A DNA stretch of 64,000 nt, taken from NCBI GenBank assembly GCA_965207675.1, contig CBDBMY010000006.1, positions 134,983 through 198,982 on the forward strand. Direction: 5' to 3'. Under the pieces are notes generated by a model that did not search any database, was not told where the DNA came from, and saw only the letters and a program-made list of their open reading frames with translations. Shown here piece by piece: positions 1-10,002 of this stretch. The position numbers and the translations under genes were made by a program. Source of the stretch: Vicinamibacterales bacterium (GTDB lineage: Bacteria > Acidobacteriota > Vicinamibacteria > Vicinamibacterales > UBA8438). How positions within the stretch are numbered: position 1 is the first letter of the stretch; the number at the start of each line of letters is the position of its first letter.

Positions 1-195
1 AAGGTGTGGGAGGACACGCGCGCGAACTCGAACTCCCCGTGGGGCGCGGGCTGGGAAACGCCCGAGCCACCCCCGGACAACGAGTGGATGGTGCAGGCGA
101 CCTTCACCGCTCCCGGCACCTACGTTCTGCGGTGCATCGCCCACGACGGGGGCTTGGCGACCTACAAGGACGTCACGTTCGTGGTGACGGAGTGA
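1..195 (+). CDS. 3' end of a CDS entering from the left edge (last ~64 codons, function unknown)
   Basis: The frame is open from base 1 to TGA at 193-195. Composition is coding-like. REP-like intergenic repeats follow directly. Confidence 0.4.
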   Translation, partial: KVWEDTRANSNSPWGAGWETPEPPPDNEWMVQATFTAPGTYVLRCIAHDGGLATYKDVTFVVTE

Positions 196-242
196 CCGAC
201 GCTGCGTCACCGCACCAATTCCTTCCCCGAATCGACCTCACG

Positions 243-408
243 AGGAGTCTGCGCCATAGAACGGCGCGGACTCCTGCACGGTTGGTTGGGCGCCAAGCGG
301 AGCCGAAGGCGACGATAGGCGGGCCAGGAGTCTGCGCCGTAGAACGGCGCGGACTCTTGCAGGGTTGTTTGGACGCCAAGCGGAGCCGAAGGCGACGATG
401 GGCGGGCC
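243..408. repeat. Two tandem ~83-nt REP-like units, each starting with the hairpin GGAGTCTGCGCC-N-GAACGGCGCGGACTC
   Basis: Units 243-325 and 326-408 are near-identical by eye. The same unit recurs at 15228-15390 and 39951-40029, with partial or inverted copies elsewhere. Confidence 0.85.
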
Positions 409-511
409 AGAACGGTGGACTGCGCGAAACCCCGGAGAGCCGGGCGGTCCGGCTGGATGCAGCGGCGCTCGCATCGGTGATCGACGAGACGCTCCGACGA
501 GACAAATAGCG

Positions 512-1420
512 ATGATGACCAATCGTTTTGGCGCCTCCATGATTCTCGCCGTGGGGATCCTGGCCGCGGGGTCGCCCGGACTGTCCCAGACCCGGGATGC
601 CGAGGCGCGGGACGCGGCGGCCGAGACGGCCGCGCGGGCGGCCCTGGAGAACTTCATCACGCGGTGGAACACCGCCGACGACGCCAACCTGCGCCTGGCG
701 ATGCACTTTCCGTTCGTGACGGTGCCGGGCGGCGGGGCGCTGCTCGTCGCCGCGCGGCCGGAGGACTTCTCGGCCGGCTTCGACGAGATGCGGACGCGCG
801 AGGGATGGAGCCGCAGCTCGTTCGACTTCGACTCGCTCGCCGTGGTCAGGTCCTCACCCGACAAGGTGCACGCGGAGATCGGCTTCAGCCGCTACCAGGC
901 CGACGGCGCCGCCTATCGCACGTCGCGGGTGTTCTACGTCGTGACCCGGCGGGACGGCCGATGGGGCGTGCAGCTTCGGACCCCGGCGGCCGGGCCCGAG
1001 GACATGGACGCCGCCGAACGGGCGGAGACCGCCTCGGCGGCCCGCCGGGCCGTGCTCGACTTCTTCACCGCCTTCAATGCCGGCGACGTCGACGGCACCG
1101 TCGCCACGCTGAACCACCCGCACCTGTTCATGACCCCCAACGGGGGCTTCTCGGTGGCCGAGTCGCCCGCCGACGGCCCTCGCCCGAACTTCGACCGGAT
1201 GCGCCGCGACGAAAACTGGCACATGAGCACCATCGACGCGCTGGAGCCGAGCATCGTCACGCGGAACAAGGTGCACTTCGAGCTGACATTCACCCGCTGG
1301 CACCCCGACGGCACCCGCTACTGGACGGTTCCCGCGCTCTGGATCGTGACCCGCGCGGGAGACCACTGGGGCATCCAGGTCCGGTCGCTCATGCCGGCCA
1401 CGTTCGACGCGCGCGAGTGA
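512..1420 (+). CDS. Secreted protein with two NTF2/SnoaL-like (DUF4440-type) repeats
   Basis: ATG at 512 lies inside ORF 365..1420. It gives a signal-like N-terminus (MMTNRFGASMILAVGILAAGSPGLSQ). Two internal ~140-aa repeats are visible (FITRWNTAD...FSRYQADG and FFTAFNAGD...FTRWHPDG). Confidence 0.6.
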   Translation: MMTNRFGASMILAVGILAAGSPGLSQTRDAEARDAAAETAARAALENFITRWNTADDANLRLAMHFPFVTVPGGGALLVAARPEDFSAGFDEMRTREGWSRSSFDFDSLAVVRSSPDKVHAEIGFSRYQADGAAYRTSRVFYVVTRRDGRWGVQLRTPAAGPEDMDAAERAETASAARRAVLDFFTAFNAGDVDGTVATLNHPHLFMTPNGGFSVAESPADGPRPNFDRMRRDENWHMSTIDALEPSIVTRNKVHFELTFTRWHPDGTRYWTVPALWIVTRAGDHWGIQVRSLMPATFDARE

Positions 1421-1704
1421 CAGGCGCTCGGCGGGCTGTCGGCCAATTCGACTTCTGACCGGCTGCGGCGCAGACGGGCGGCCTTCGGCCACGCTTTCTG
1501 GCTCGCGTGCGGGACATCGTGCCGTCACGAAGCCCACGCGCTCGCGTGGTCGTCCTGTTCATTCGGAGAGACCGCCCCCGAGAAACATCCCGTTTATGCG
1601 GGCAACACCGGCGATTCACACGGGACGCGCGTTCGGGAGCAGACGCACCGGCTGTTCGGCGCCAGTCTGCTTGTGGAGTACAAGTCCGAGTCGGAGCGCC
1701 ACGG

Positions 1705-3027
1705 CTACCCCTCGCGCTGCCCACTCGGGAAGCGCGCCTCCATCTCGCGCCGCGCCTTCACGGCCATCCCGTTAGGGTCGATCTCCACGTCGTCCCAACC
1801 GACGATCTCCCCCGCCCCGACGGCCCGCTTCAGCGCCGCGCCGTGCGCGAGGCCGATCGGCAGGGCCCCGCGCTCGAGCGACGTCCGCGCCGGCAGCAGC
1901 TTCCCGTAGACGGTGAACCCGCCCTCACCGTCGAGGGTCTCCCCCGCCGCGAGGTCGCGCTTCGCCGTCGCCGCGATGTCGCCGACGAAGTCGCGCGCGG
2001 CTCCCGTCGGCTTCCCGAGCAACCCGGCCGCGAGGACCGACATGTTCAGCTCGAGCCCGATGAGGTGGAACGGCTTGTACATGGCCGAGTACCGGCCCGT
2101 CGCGTCGGTGTTCATGCCGTACTGCCGGAAGCACCCCGCGGTGTAGTCGTTGGGCGCCTCGACGACGACGTAGACGCCCCAGCGCAGGTCGCCGGGCACC
2201 GGCCGGCCGTCGCGCTCGAGCGACGACACCACCTCGACCTGCCCCTTGTGGTGGAGCTGGCCGCCGGCCTCGGCGGGCCGCAGCACGTGCGCGAGGTCGT
2301 CCCGGCCGCAGGGCGGGAAGCGCAGGCCGTCGGGGGCGGGGGCGAGGCCGGTGGCGTTGGCGATGGCGGCCATCTCGATGGCCGACTTCGTCCCGTCGAG
2401 GAACGAGTTGAACATGCGGCTGTTCATGCCCGCCGATCGCGCCTCCTCGGCCGTGAGCCCGTAGTGGTCCCACACCGTGTCCGGGGTCGAGGCATGGTAC
2501 GACGGCAGGTACTTGGTGCCCTTCCCCGCCGCCACCACGTCGAAGCCGCACGCGCGCGCCCACTCCACGAGCTCGCAGGTCAGGGCGGGCTGGTCGCCGT
2601 AGGCCATCGTGTAGACGACGCCGGCCGAGCGCGCCTCCGCCGCCAACAGCGGCCCCGCCAGCACGTCGGCCTCGACGTTGACCATCACCACGTGCCTTCC
2701 CGCCGCGCGCGACGCGCGCGCGTGCGCGATGCCAGCGGCGGGATCGCCGGTCGCCTCGACGACGACGTCGACGGCGTCGTCGTGCATTGCCTCGAACGCG
2801 TCGTCGGTGAACCGGGTCGCCGCGACGCGCGTGCCGTCCCACCCGACGGCTCGGCACGCGGCGCGCGCGCGATCGGGGTCGAGGTCCGCGATCGCGCGCA
2901 CCTCGAGGCCGGCCGTCGACGGAATCTGGCTCAGGAACATCGAGCCGAACTTGCCGGCGCCGATCAGGCCGACCCGCACCGGCCGGCCGGCCGCGGCGCG
3001 CGCGCGCAACTCGTCCCAGAGATACAT
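1705..3027 (-). CDS. NAD(P)-binding oxidoreductase, homoserine-dehydrogenase-like with a C-terminal SAF-type domain
   Basis: A 440-aa ORF with the Rossmann motif VGLIGAGKFG near the N-terminus. The overall architecture is recalled from COG4091-type proteins. Confidence 0.65.
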   Translation of the reverse strand: MYLWDELRARAAAGRPVRVGLIGAGKFGSMFLSQIPSTAGLEVRAIADLDPDRARAACRAVGWDGTRVAATRFTDDAFEAMHDDAVDVVVEATGDPAAGIAHARASRAAGRHVVMVNVEADVLAGPLLAAEARSAGVVYTMAYGDQPALTCELVEWARACGFDVVAAGKGTKYLPSYHASTPDTVWDHYGLTAEEARSAGMNSRMFNSFLDGTKSAIEMAAIANATGLAPAPDGLRFPPCGRDDLAHVLRPAEAGGQLHHKGQVEVVSSLERDGRPVPGDLRWGVYVVVEAPNDYTAGCFRQYGMNTDATGRYSAMYKPFHLIGLELNMSVLAAGLLGKPTGAARDFVGDIAATAKRDLAAGETLDGEGGFTVYGKLLPARTSLERGALPIGLAHGAALKRAVGAGEIVGWDDVEIDPNGMAVKARREMEARFPSGQREG

Positions 3028-3037
3028 CGCGTCCCTC

Positions 3038-3835
3038 TCAGACCGCCGCCGCCCCCGCGCGCGCCAGCTCGGTCAGGCAGTCGTCGGCCAGCGGCTCGAT
3101 GGGCGCGAAGTCGCGGTGCGCTATCCACGCCGCGCGCTTGAACCGGCGGATGTGGTTGTCGACGTGGCACAGCGAGAGGTAGACGATGCTGCGGCCGAAC
3201 GGGCTGATGTTCGGCGGGCTCGCGTGCACGAGGGTCGAGGCGAAGACGATGATGCTGCCCGGCGGCCCCGTCGGGGCCACGCAGCCGCCCCGCTCGGCGA
3301 GCCGGGTCACCGTCGCGCGGTCGAGCGTCCACAGCGGGTAGCTCGTCGTCTCGAGGTCGTGGCCGGCCTCGAACACCCCCTGGCGGTGGCTCCCCGGCAG
3401 GAACAGCAGCGGCCCGTTGGCGGCGGTCACCTCGTCCAGGAACACCGCGATGTTCATGGCCCGCGGCTCGGGCATCTCGTCGTCGCGGTGCCACGTGCCG
3501 AAGTCCTGGTGCCACTGCCACACCTCGCCGTCGAACGCGGCCTTGGCGTTCACCTTGTACTGGTGCATGTACACGGGACCGTCGACGAGCTGCATCACCG
3601 GCTCGACGAGGCGCGGGTGGCGCCCGAGGCGCCGGAACGCCTCGTTGTAGGTGTGGGCGGCGAACGCGGTGCGGGCGACGCCGCTCGACTCGCGCCACAC
3701 CTCGTCGCGGTCGAGGGCGTAGACCTCGTCGGCGGCGGCCCGCAACACTGCCGCCTCCTCGGCCGAGAAACGCGACGGGAAGAACAGGTAGCCCTGCCCG
3801 TCGAACCGTTCGATCTCCTCGGGGGTCAGCTTCAT
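3038..3835 (-). CDS. Fe(II)/2-oxoglutarate dioxygenase, PhyH family, ectoine-hydroxylase-like
   Basis: The start is taken at ATG 3835 (MKLTPEE), preceded by GGAGGA. WQWHQDFGTWHRDDEMP matches the EctD/PhyH signature region. Confidence 0.7.
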   Translation of the reverse strand: MKLTPEEIERFDGQGYLFFPSRFSAEEAAVLRAAADEVYALDRDEVWRESSGVARTAFAAHTYNEAFRRLGRHPRLVEPVMQLVDGPVYMHQYKVNAKAAFDGEVWQWHQDFGTWHRDDEMPEPRAMNIAVFLDEVTAANGPLLFLPGSHRQGVFEAGHDLETTSYPLWTLDRATVTRLAERGGCVAPTGPPGSIIVFASTLVHASPPNISPFGRSIVYLSLCHVDNHIRRFKRAAWIAHRDFAPIEPLADDCLTELARAGAAAV

Positions 3836-3996
3836 GACGATCCTCCTCGATCGAAGCACGTGCCCGTCCTGAAGACCGGAGTGACAGTAGTACCCTCGGA
3901 GATCTTCATGACGATCCTTCTGGGCCGAAGCGCACGCCCGGGCCGCGGGCCGGCCCGAATCGCCGCCCCGGCTCCCGGTCACGTACACTGTAGGCC

Positions 3997-4374
3997 ATGT
4001 CAGCCTCGATGACCGTCACCAAGTTTACGTGGAACGACATGCCCAAGGAGCGGGTCACCAACCGCATCGACCGCCGGATCGTCAGCGGCGAGAGCACGAT
4101 GGTGGCCCACGTCTACCTGCAGAAGGGCGCCGTGGTCCCCGAGCACTCGCACCACAACGAGCAGCTCGCGTACATCCTGAAGGGCAAGCTCCGGTTCTGG
4201 GTGGGCGACGACCTCTCGCAGGTCTTCGACGTCGGCGAAGGCGAGGTGCTGCGCCTGCCGTCCAACGTGCCGCACAAGGCCGAGGCCCTGGAGGAGACCC
4301 TCGACGTCGACATCTTCAGCCCGCCCCGGCAGGACTGGCTGGACCACACGGACGACTACTTCAAGGACCAGTAG
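3997..4374 (+). CDS. Cupin domain protein
   Basis: A 125-aa ORF. PEHSHHNEQLAYILKG ... LPSNVPHKAEA are the two cupin His-containing motifs. Confidence 0.7.
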   Translation: MSASMTVTKFTWNDMPKERVTNRIDRRIVSGESTMVAHVYLQKGAVVPEHSHHNEQLAYILKGKLRFWVGDDLSQVFDVGEGEVLRLPSNVPHKAEALEETLDVDIFSPPRQDWLDHTDDYFKDQ

Positions 4375-4384
4375 GGACGCCCGC

Positions 4385-5119
4385 ATGCCCGCACTGACCG
4401 ACTACCGCGTCCTGACCTTCGACTGCTACGGCACCCTGATCGACTGGGAGTGCGGCATCTGGGACGCGCTGCAGCCCGTGATCATGCGCAACCCCGGTAC
4501 CGGGGTCACCCGCGACGCCGGGCTCCGCGCCTTCGCCCAGTGCGAACCCCGGCAGGAGCAGGCCACCCCCGGCCTGCGCTATCCCGAGCTGCTCGCCCGC
4601 GTGCACCGGCGCATCGCCGAGAGCCTCGACCTGCGGACGGACGACGGGCTCGACGCGGCCTTCGGCGCCTCCGTCCCCCACTGGCCGGCGTTCCCCGACA
4701 CCGCCGACGCGCTGCGCGTCCTCAAGCGGCACTGCCGGCTCGTCATCCTGTCCAACGTGCACCGCGACGGCATCGCCGCCTCCAACCGGAAGCTCGGGGT
4801 CGAGTTCGACGCCATCTACACGGCCGAGGACATCGGGTCGTACAAGCCGGCCGACGCCAACTTCGAGTACATGCTGGCCCACCTCAAGTCCGACCTGGGA
4901 CTGGAGCGGGCGGACGTCCTGCACACCGCGCAGAGCCTCCACCACGACCATGGGCCGGCGAACCGGTTCGGGCTCGCCAACGCGTGGATCGACCGCCAGC
5001 GGCTGTCGAAGGGCGGAAGCTGGGGCGCCACGGAGCGCGTCGAGCCCATGCCGTCGACGGACTTCGTGTTCTTCTCGATGGGCGAGATGGCCGCGGCGGT
5101 GGCGGCCGCACACGGATAG
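4385..5119 (+). CDS. HAD-superfamily hydrolase, haloacid dehalogenase type II-like
   Basis: The N-terminal DxYGT nucleophile motif is present (LTFDCYGTLIDWE). LSN and a late YKP..ANF region are typical of type II HAD enzymes. Confidence 0.7.
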   Translation: MPALTDYRVLTFDCYGTLIDWECGIWDALQPVIMRNPGTGVTRDAGLRAFAQCEPRQEQATPGLRYPELLARVHRRIAESLDLRTDDGLDAAFGASVPHWPAFPDTADALRVLKRHCRLVILSNVHRDGIAASNRKLGVEFDAIYTAEDIGSYKPADANFEYMLAHLKSDLGLERADVLHTAQSLHHDHGPANRFGLANAWIDRQRLSKGGSWGATERVEPMPSTDFVFFSMGEMAAAVAAAHG

Positions 5120-5205
5120 CGCAGGTCTCGGCGACATCAGCGCGCGACGGATTCGTCGTCCGCATGACGCTGGTGGCGGCCTGCTCCTCCTCGCTCCGGG
5201 TTTCT

Positions 5206-5796
5206 TCAACCGCTCTCGATCAACGACTGCAGGCGCCTCCGGACCCCGGTCCACTCGTCCTCCAGGATGCTGTAGTAGATGGTGTCGCGATAGCGGCCAT
5301 CGTGCATCAGGGTGTGGGAACGCAGCGTCCCTTCCGGTGTCGCGCCGATCTTGCTCAGCGCGGCGCGCGCGCGACGATTGGCCGCGTCCGTCTTGAACTC
5401 CACCCGGTGCGCGGACAGCGACTCGAAGCAATGCTCGAGAAGGAGGTACTTCGCGCGCGTGTTGATCCCGCGCCCCTGCGACCCCGCCGCGAGCCAGGTC
5501 CAGCCGATCTCGATCCGCCGATCCCTCGCCGAGGCGTTCCCGAGGGCGGTCCCGCCGACCACTGCCCCCTCCTGGCGATCGACCACGGCGAACGGCAGGA
5601 GCCGGCCTGCCCGCTGCTGGTCGAGCGCCGTTTCGATGTAGTCGCGGGCATCGGCCGGGCTCTCGAGGCAGCTCACGGTGTGCCGCCAGATGCCCGGGTC
5701 CAGCCCTATTTCGATCAACGCGTCGAGATCCGCGAGACTCCACTGCCGCAGGAGCACGTAGTCGTCCGATAGAGACACGCTCCCGGTCAGGTCCAC
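5206..5796 (-). CDS. GNAT family N-acetyltransferase (RimJ/RimL-like)
   Basis: RRIEIGWTWLAAGSQGRGINTRAKYLLLEHCFESLSAHRVEFKTDAANRRARAALSKIGATPEG is a classic GNAT core. Confidence 0.75.
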   Translation of the reverse strand: MDLTGSVSLSDDYVLLRQWSLADLDALIEIGLDPGIWRHTVSCLESPADARDYIETALDQQRAGRLLPFAVVDRQEGAVVGGTALGNASARDRRIEIGWTWLAAGSQGRGINTRAKYLLLEHCFESLSAHRVEFKTDAANRRARAALSKIGATPEGTLRSHTLMHDGRYRDTIYYSILEDEWTGVRRRLQSLIESG

Positions 5797-5844
5797 GCGA
5801 CGCTTCCCTCGCCCTCGATGCCGTCGAAGCCGGCTCGCCCCGGG

Positions 5845-7086
5845 CTACCCGACCGCGGACGGCGCCTCGAGACGCTGCCGAACACTCTCGAAGAACTCGG
5901 GGTCCGTGAGCAGTCGCCGGCGAAGGTCCTGGTGCAGGATGCTCGGCGCCTGCACGCTGGCCTCGACCGTCACGCGCACCCGGCCGTCCTCCGTGCCAGC
6001 AATATCCCGGCGCACTTCCGCTTGGATCAGCGTGAACCAGACCATGAGGGGCAACTCCTCGAACAACAGGACGGCGACCCCGCCCGACGCGGCATCTCGC
6101 GGCACCGCGTAGGTGGCCTCGGTCAACACGCCGGGCAGGCTGCCGCCCTTGGTGCCGAACGACGTGAACTCGCGCCGGTTCTGCTCACTCTCCATCGGCC
6201 ATTCGAGGAACTCGCGCATCGTGGCCGACACCGCTTCCGAAACCAGGTTGCCGCCCTCGACACGGTCCATCAGACTCGCGTAGTCCCGTGCGGTGCCCCT
6301 GGGAGAGCGTTCTGCGCTGAAGCGGGCCTGCTCTCGAAGCGTGAGCTCGCCCACCACCGGGTTCTCCTGTCGGGCCGCCCGGAACTCCGGATCGCCGCGC
6401 AGGCGCTCCGCCAGCGCCCATGCGGCGTCCGCCAGCGGTTCGTCGACGGCGTCGGCCCAGCTCAGCATGGCCCCGCTGAAGGGCAGCGGGGCATCGGAGC
6501 CGGCGAGGCCGAGCCGGTCCGGAAGCGCCTCCGCCCGGTCGCGTCCCAGTCGGTGCAGCAGGTAATCGGTGGCGGCGTTGTCGCTCACCGTCATCATCGC
6601 CCAGACCACGTCCCGCAGGGAGACGGCGCCGGACGCGTCGAGCGATCCCCGCTCCCGATAGGCCTCCACCGCGCGGTCGTGGGCGCCGCCGTCGGTCCCG
6701 GGCAGGAAGAAGGCCTCAACTTCGGCGAGCGGAACCCGCTCGTCGGGCGACCACCGGCCCTCGTCCACCCCCTCGGCGTAGCCGGCCAGCACCAGGATCT
6801 TGATGGTGGAGGCGAGCGGCCGGGGAACGTCGGAGTTCAGGAGGATCGCGGAATCGGGATCGTCGAGACGGTAGGCAACCAGCGAGACACGGGAGCGGTT
6901 GGCGTCGATGAAGTCGAGCAGCGCGTCGACCGAGCTCAGCCTCTGGGCCTCTTCGACGCCATCGAACATCGCTCCGAGATTCCGGACGAAGAGGTTGATC
7001 CGGTCCCAGTTGATCGCAATCAGGACCGCGCTCGCGACCAGAACGGTGAGACACCCCACCCCGGCGATCTTGAGTACCTTCTTCAT
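5845..7086 (-). CDS. Serine hydrolase, class A beta-lactamase-related
   Basis: Has an N-terminal TM/signal segment. Motifs SxxK (ASTIK), SDN (VSDNAATD) and a late K-G-G (GTKGGS) are present. Confidence 0.65.
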   Translation of the reverse strand: MKKVLKIAGVGCLTVLVASAVLIAINWDRINLFVRNLGAMFDGVEEAQRLSSVDALLDFIDANRSRVSLVAYRLDDPDSAILLNSDVPRPLASTIKILVLAGYAEGVDEGRWSPDERVPLAEVEAFFLPGTDGGAHDRAVEAYRERGSLDASGAVSLRDVVWAMMTVSDNAATDYLLHRLGRDRAEALPDRLGLAGSDAPLPFSGAMLSWADAVDEPLADAAWALAERLRGDPEFRAARQENPVVGELTLREQARFSAERSPRGTARDYASLMDRVEGGNLVSEAVSATMREFLEWPMESEQNRREFTSFGTKGGSLPGVLTEATYAVPRDAASGGVAVLLFEELPLMVWFTLIQAEVRRDIAGTEDGRVRVTVEASVQAPSILHQDLRRRLLTDPEFFESVRQRLEAPSAVG

Positions 7087-7267
7087 CGCTGCACCATCTC
7101 TCCTTTTCGCGTCGCCCAGGCTCCTTCATCCGTTCTCAATCAACGACCGGGAACGCCTCCGAGAGGAGCACGCTCGTGGTCAGGTCCACCCCGATACCTG
7201 TCCTGAAAGGGCGAGCACCGCATCGGTCGGTCATGCGGCGCCAGACGAACGGCGCAGCGGACCCGTC

Positions 7268-7885
7268 TCAGAATGGCGGCTTCCACACGGCGGCAAGATC
7301 GAGCGAGAACCCCGGCAGGACCGTTTCGCCGGTGACGACGTCCGGTTCGGTGAGCTGTTCGAGGCTGCCGTCGGCACGGTAGATGGCGACTTGGCGCCGA
7401 GCGGGATCGATGAGCCAGCCCAGGCGGGCCCCGTTGGCGCGGTACTCCTCCATCTTTCGCCGGGCGACGGCACGAGAGTCGGACGGCGAGAGCAGCTCGA
7501 TGACGAAGTCGGGGCAAAGCGGCAGGAAGCGCTCCTTGGCCTTGGGAGAGAGCCGGGCAAGCCGGTTGCGGGGGACCCAGGCCGCATCGGGCGCCCGCAC
7601 CGCGCCGTTGGGCAGCTCGAAGCCGGTCGAGGAATCGAAGACGACGCCGGTCCCATCCTCTTCGGCCCAGCGATAGAGGGCAGCGACCACGAGACCGTTC
7701 CGCGCCCCCGTTTCCCCGCCGGCGGGCGTCATCACCGCGATGCTTCCTTCCGCGTTGCGCTCCATCCGGAGATCGCGATTCAGTTGGCAGAGCTGGAAGA
7801 ACTGCTCCCGGCTCATCTCGATGGCGGGAGACATGTGCAGCTCCAGGGCCGCCGGGCCGGACCGCGGGTGCAGAACCGACATCAC
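7268..7885 (-). CDS. Uma2 family (DUF820) putative PD-(D/E)XK endonuclease
   Basis: The motif pattern is typical of Uma2: ...MERNAEGSIAVMTPAGG..., PDAAWV, PDFVIELLSPSD, and C-terminal LPGFSLDLAAVW. The start could instead be at 7834. Confidence 0.75.
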   Translation of the reverse strand: MMSVLHPRSGPAALELHMSPAIEMSREQFFQLCQLNRDLRMERNAEGSIAVMTPAGGETGARNGLVVAALYRWAEEDGTGVVFDSSTGFELPNGAVRAPDAAWVPRNRLARLSPKAKERFLPLCPDFVIELLSPSDSRAVARRKMEEYRANGARLGWLIDPARRQVAIYRADGSLEQLTEPDVVTGETVLPGFSLDLAAVWKPPF

Positions 7886-8115
7886 CTCAGGCTACCGCAC
7901 GCGTCGCGCGGGAATCAACGGAGCCGGTCCGCCCCAGCGCGGGCGTTCGCCCCGCGCCGGACGCCAAGTGGCGGGGGGCCACAACAGTGTCGGCACCCTA
8001 CACGTTCCGTCTACCCGCTTCGCACACGGTTGTCCGGCAGCCGCCGCAGCGTCGGCGTCGGTACACGCGGACGCGCCCCTGCGCCGGGTGCCTGCCGCCG
8101 GACCATCGACGCGCG

Positions 8116-9177
8116 TCAACGTCTCGCTCCGCCGGTCGCGGCGACGAGCCTCGCGGCGACCGTGGAGAGGCCCAGCCGGTGATGTTCCGGGTCGATCCAG
8201 CGTGCGGCGTCCTCGCGGACGGCGGCCGGCCGGGACTTGAGGCGGACGTAGACCGGCTCGACGTCGAGGTCGTAGTGGGTGAACGCGTGGCGGAAGACGT
8301 CGGCGGCGCGGACCTCGTCGACGAGGCCGGCATCGACGCCGGCCTCGTCGAGGAAACCGTCCACCGTCTCGCGGGCGTCGCGGTCGGGCGGCGACCACAG
8401 GCCGCCCCAGATGCCGGTGGGCGGCCGATGCTCCACGAGACAGGCGCCGTCGGGATCGACCAGCACGAAGAACCGGCGCCGCTCGAGACGGCGGCGACGG
8501 CGGGGCGCGGCCTCCGGATAGCGCTCGGGATCGCCCGCCGCGAAAGCCCGGCAGCCGGCGCGCACCGGACAGTCGGCGCAGCGCGGCCGCCGGCGGCGGC
8601 ACACCGTGGCGCCCAGGTCCATGACCGCCTGCGTATAGTCCGCGGCGCGGTCCCCGGGAGTGTGCAGCTCCGCGAGGCGCCAGAGTGCGTCGAGGGTCGC
8701 CGACGCCGACACCGGGCCGGGGACCCGGTGCCGGCGCGCCAGCACACGCTTGACGTTGCCGTCCAGGATGGGCGCGCGGCGGCCGTGGGCCTGGGCGGCG
8801 ATGGCGGCGGCGGTGGACCGGCCGATGCCCGGCAGCGCCTGGAGCTCCGCCGGCGTGTCGGGAAGCGTCCCGCCGTGCTCCCCGACGACGATGCCGGCGG
8901 CGCGGTGCAGATTGCGCGCGCGCGCATAGTAGCCGAGGCCGCTCCACAGGTGCAGCACGTCGTCGAGGTCGGCGCGCGCCAGGGTGTCGACGTCGGGGAA
9001 GCGGGCCGTGAACCGCTCGAAGTACGGCGCCGCGGTGCCGACCTGGGTCTGTTGCAGCATGATCTCGGCCACCCACACCCGGTACGGCGTGCGCTCCCGC
9101 TGCCACGGCAGATCCTTGCGGCCGTGGATGTCCCACCAGGCGAGCAGGCGGCGGGCGAAGGAGCCGGCGGCGGCCAT
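8116..9177 (-). CDS. mutY: A/G-specific adenine DNA glycosylase
   Basis: The start is at ATG 9177 (MAAAGSFARRLLAWW). Motifs seen are DLPWQ..TPYRVWVAEIMLQQTQV, the HhH-GPD GIGRSTAAAI, and the 4Fe-4S cluster CxxxxxxCxxCxxxxxC (CRRRRPRCADCPVRAGC). A C-terminal NUDIX-like domain follows. Confidence 0.85.
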   Translation of the reverse strand: MAAAGSFARRLLAWWDIHGRKDLPWQRERTPYRVWVAEIMLQQTQVGTAAPYFERFTARFPDVDTLARADLDDVLHLWSGLGYYARARNLHRAAGIVVGEHGGTLPDTPAELQALPGIGRSTAAAIAAQAHGRRAPILDGNVKRVLARRHRVPGPVSASATLDALWRLAELHTPGDRAADYTQAVMDLGATVCRRRRPRCADCPVRAGCRAFAAGDPERYPEAAPRRRRRLERRRFFVLVDPDGACLVEHRPPTGIWGGLWSPPDRDARETVDGFLDEAGVDAGLVDEVRAADVFRHAFTHYDLDVEPVYVRLKSRPAAVREDAARWIDPEHHRLGLSTVAARLVAATGGARR

Positions 9178-9271
9178 GGTGACGGGGATTACCTCGCCAC
9201 GTGCCGGGCGCGTCGCAAGAAAAACGGGTTGCCGCCGGGCGAAGTTGGCCTCTGCATGGCGAGCACCGTCC

Positions 9272-9985
9272 TCACCCAGACATCGCCCGCGCCAGGGCCG
9301 CGAGGTCCTCGACGACGAGGTCCGGCTGGTGCGGCGAGCCGCCGAAGGGACGCCGGCGCCGATCGATGAACGCGGTGCGCATGCCGCCGGCCTTCGCGCC
9401 GATGCAGTCGAACGCGTGATTGGCGACGAAGAGCACGCTCCGCGGGTCGGCGCCGAGCCGCTCGCAGGCCGTCGCATAGGTGGCGCGGTGGGGCTTGAAA
9501 TAGCCGGCCTCCTCGACCGAGATCACCGCGTCGAAGGGGAACCCGATGTGCGGCCTCGCGGCCTCGAGCATGTCGCGGTCGCCGTTCGAGAGAATCGCGA
9601 GGCGGTAGCGTCCGCGCAGCCGTTCGAGCGCCTCGATCGCATCGGGGAAGGGCTTCAGCCGCTCGATGCAGCCGACGAGCCAGCGCACCTCGTCGGGCGT
9701 GTGGTCGATGCCCGCGCGCCGCATGACCTGCGACACCGCGCGGTGGCCGATCTCGCGGTAGGACGCGTGGCCGCGGTCGCACAGCGAATCGATCATCGAG
9801 TCTTCGAAGTGCGTGCGCCGCCACCAGGTGACGAAGCGGTGGGGGTCGCCGCGCCAGCCCTTGCCGGCCAGGAACGGCGCCACCATCTCCGTCAGCCCGC
9901 CCTGCATGTCGACGATGGTGCCGTACTGGTCGAACATGAGGGTCGAGACCTCGCGGCGCAGGAGACCGGCCGGGTCGGCGTTCAT
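9272..9985 (-). CDS. HAD-superfamily hydrolase, haloacid dehalogenase type II-like (paralog of 4385..5119)
   Basis: LMFDQYGTIVD nucleophile motif, ILSNGD, and YFKPHRATY. Confidence 0.7.
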   Translation of the reverse strand: MNADPAGLLRREVSTLMFDQYGTIVDMQGGLTEMVAPFLAGKGWRGDPHRFVTWWRRTHFEDSMIDSLCDRGHASYREIGHRAVSQVMRRAGIDHTPDEVRWLVGCIERLKPFPDAIEALERLRGRYRLAILSNGDRDMLEAARPHIGFPFDAVISVEEAGYFKPHRATYATACERLGADPRSVLFVANHAFDCIGAKAGGMRTAFIDRRRRPFGGSPHQPDLVVEDLAALARAMSG

Positions 9986-10002
9986 CGCGTTCTCCTCGTC
10001 CG

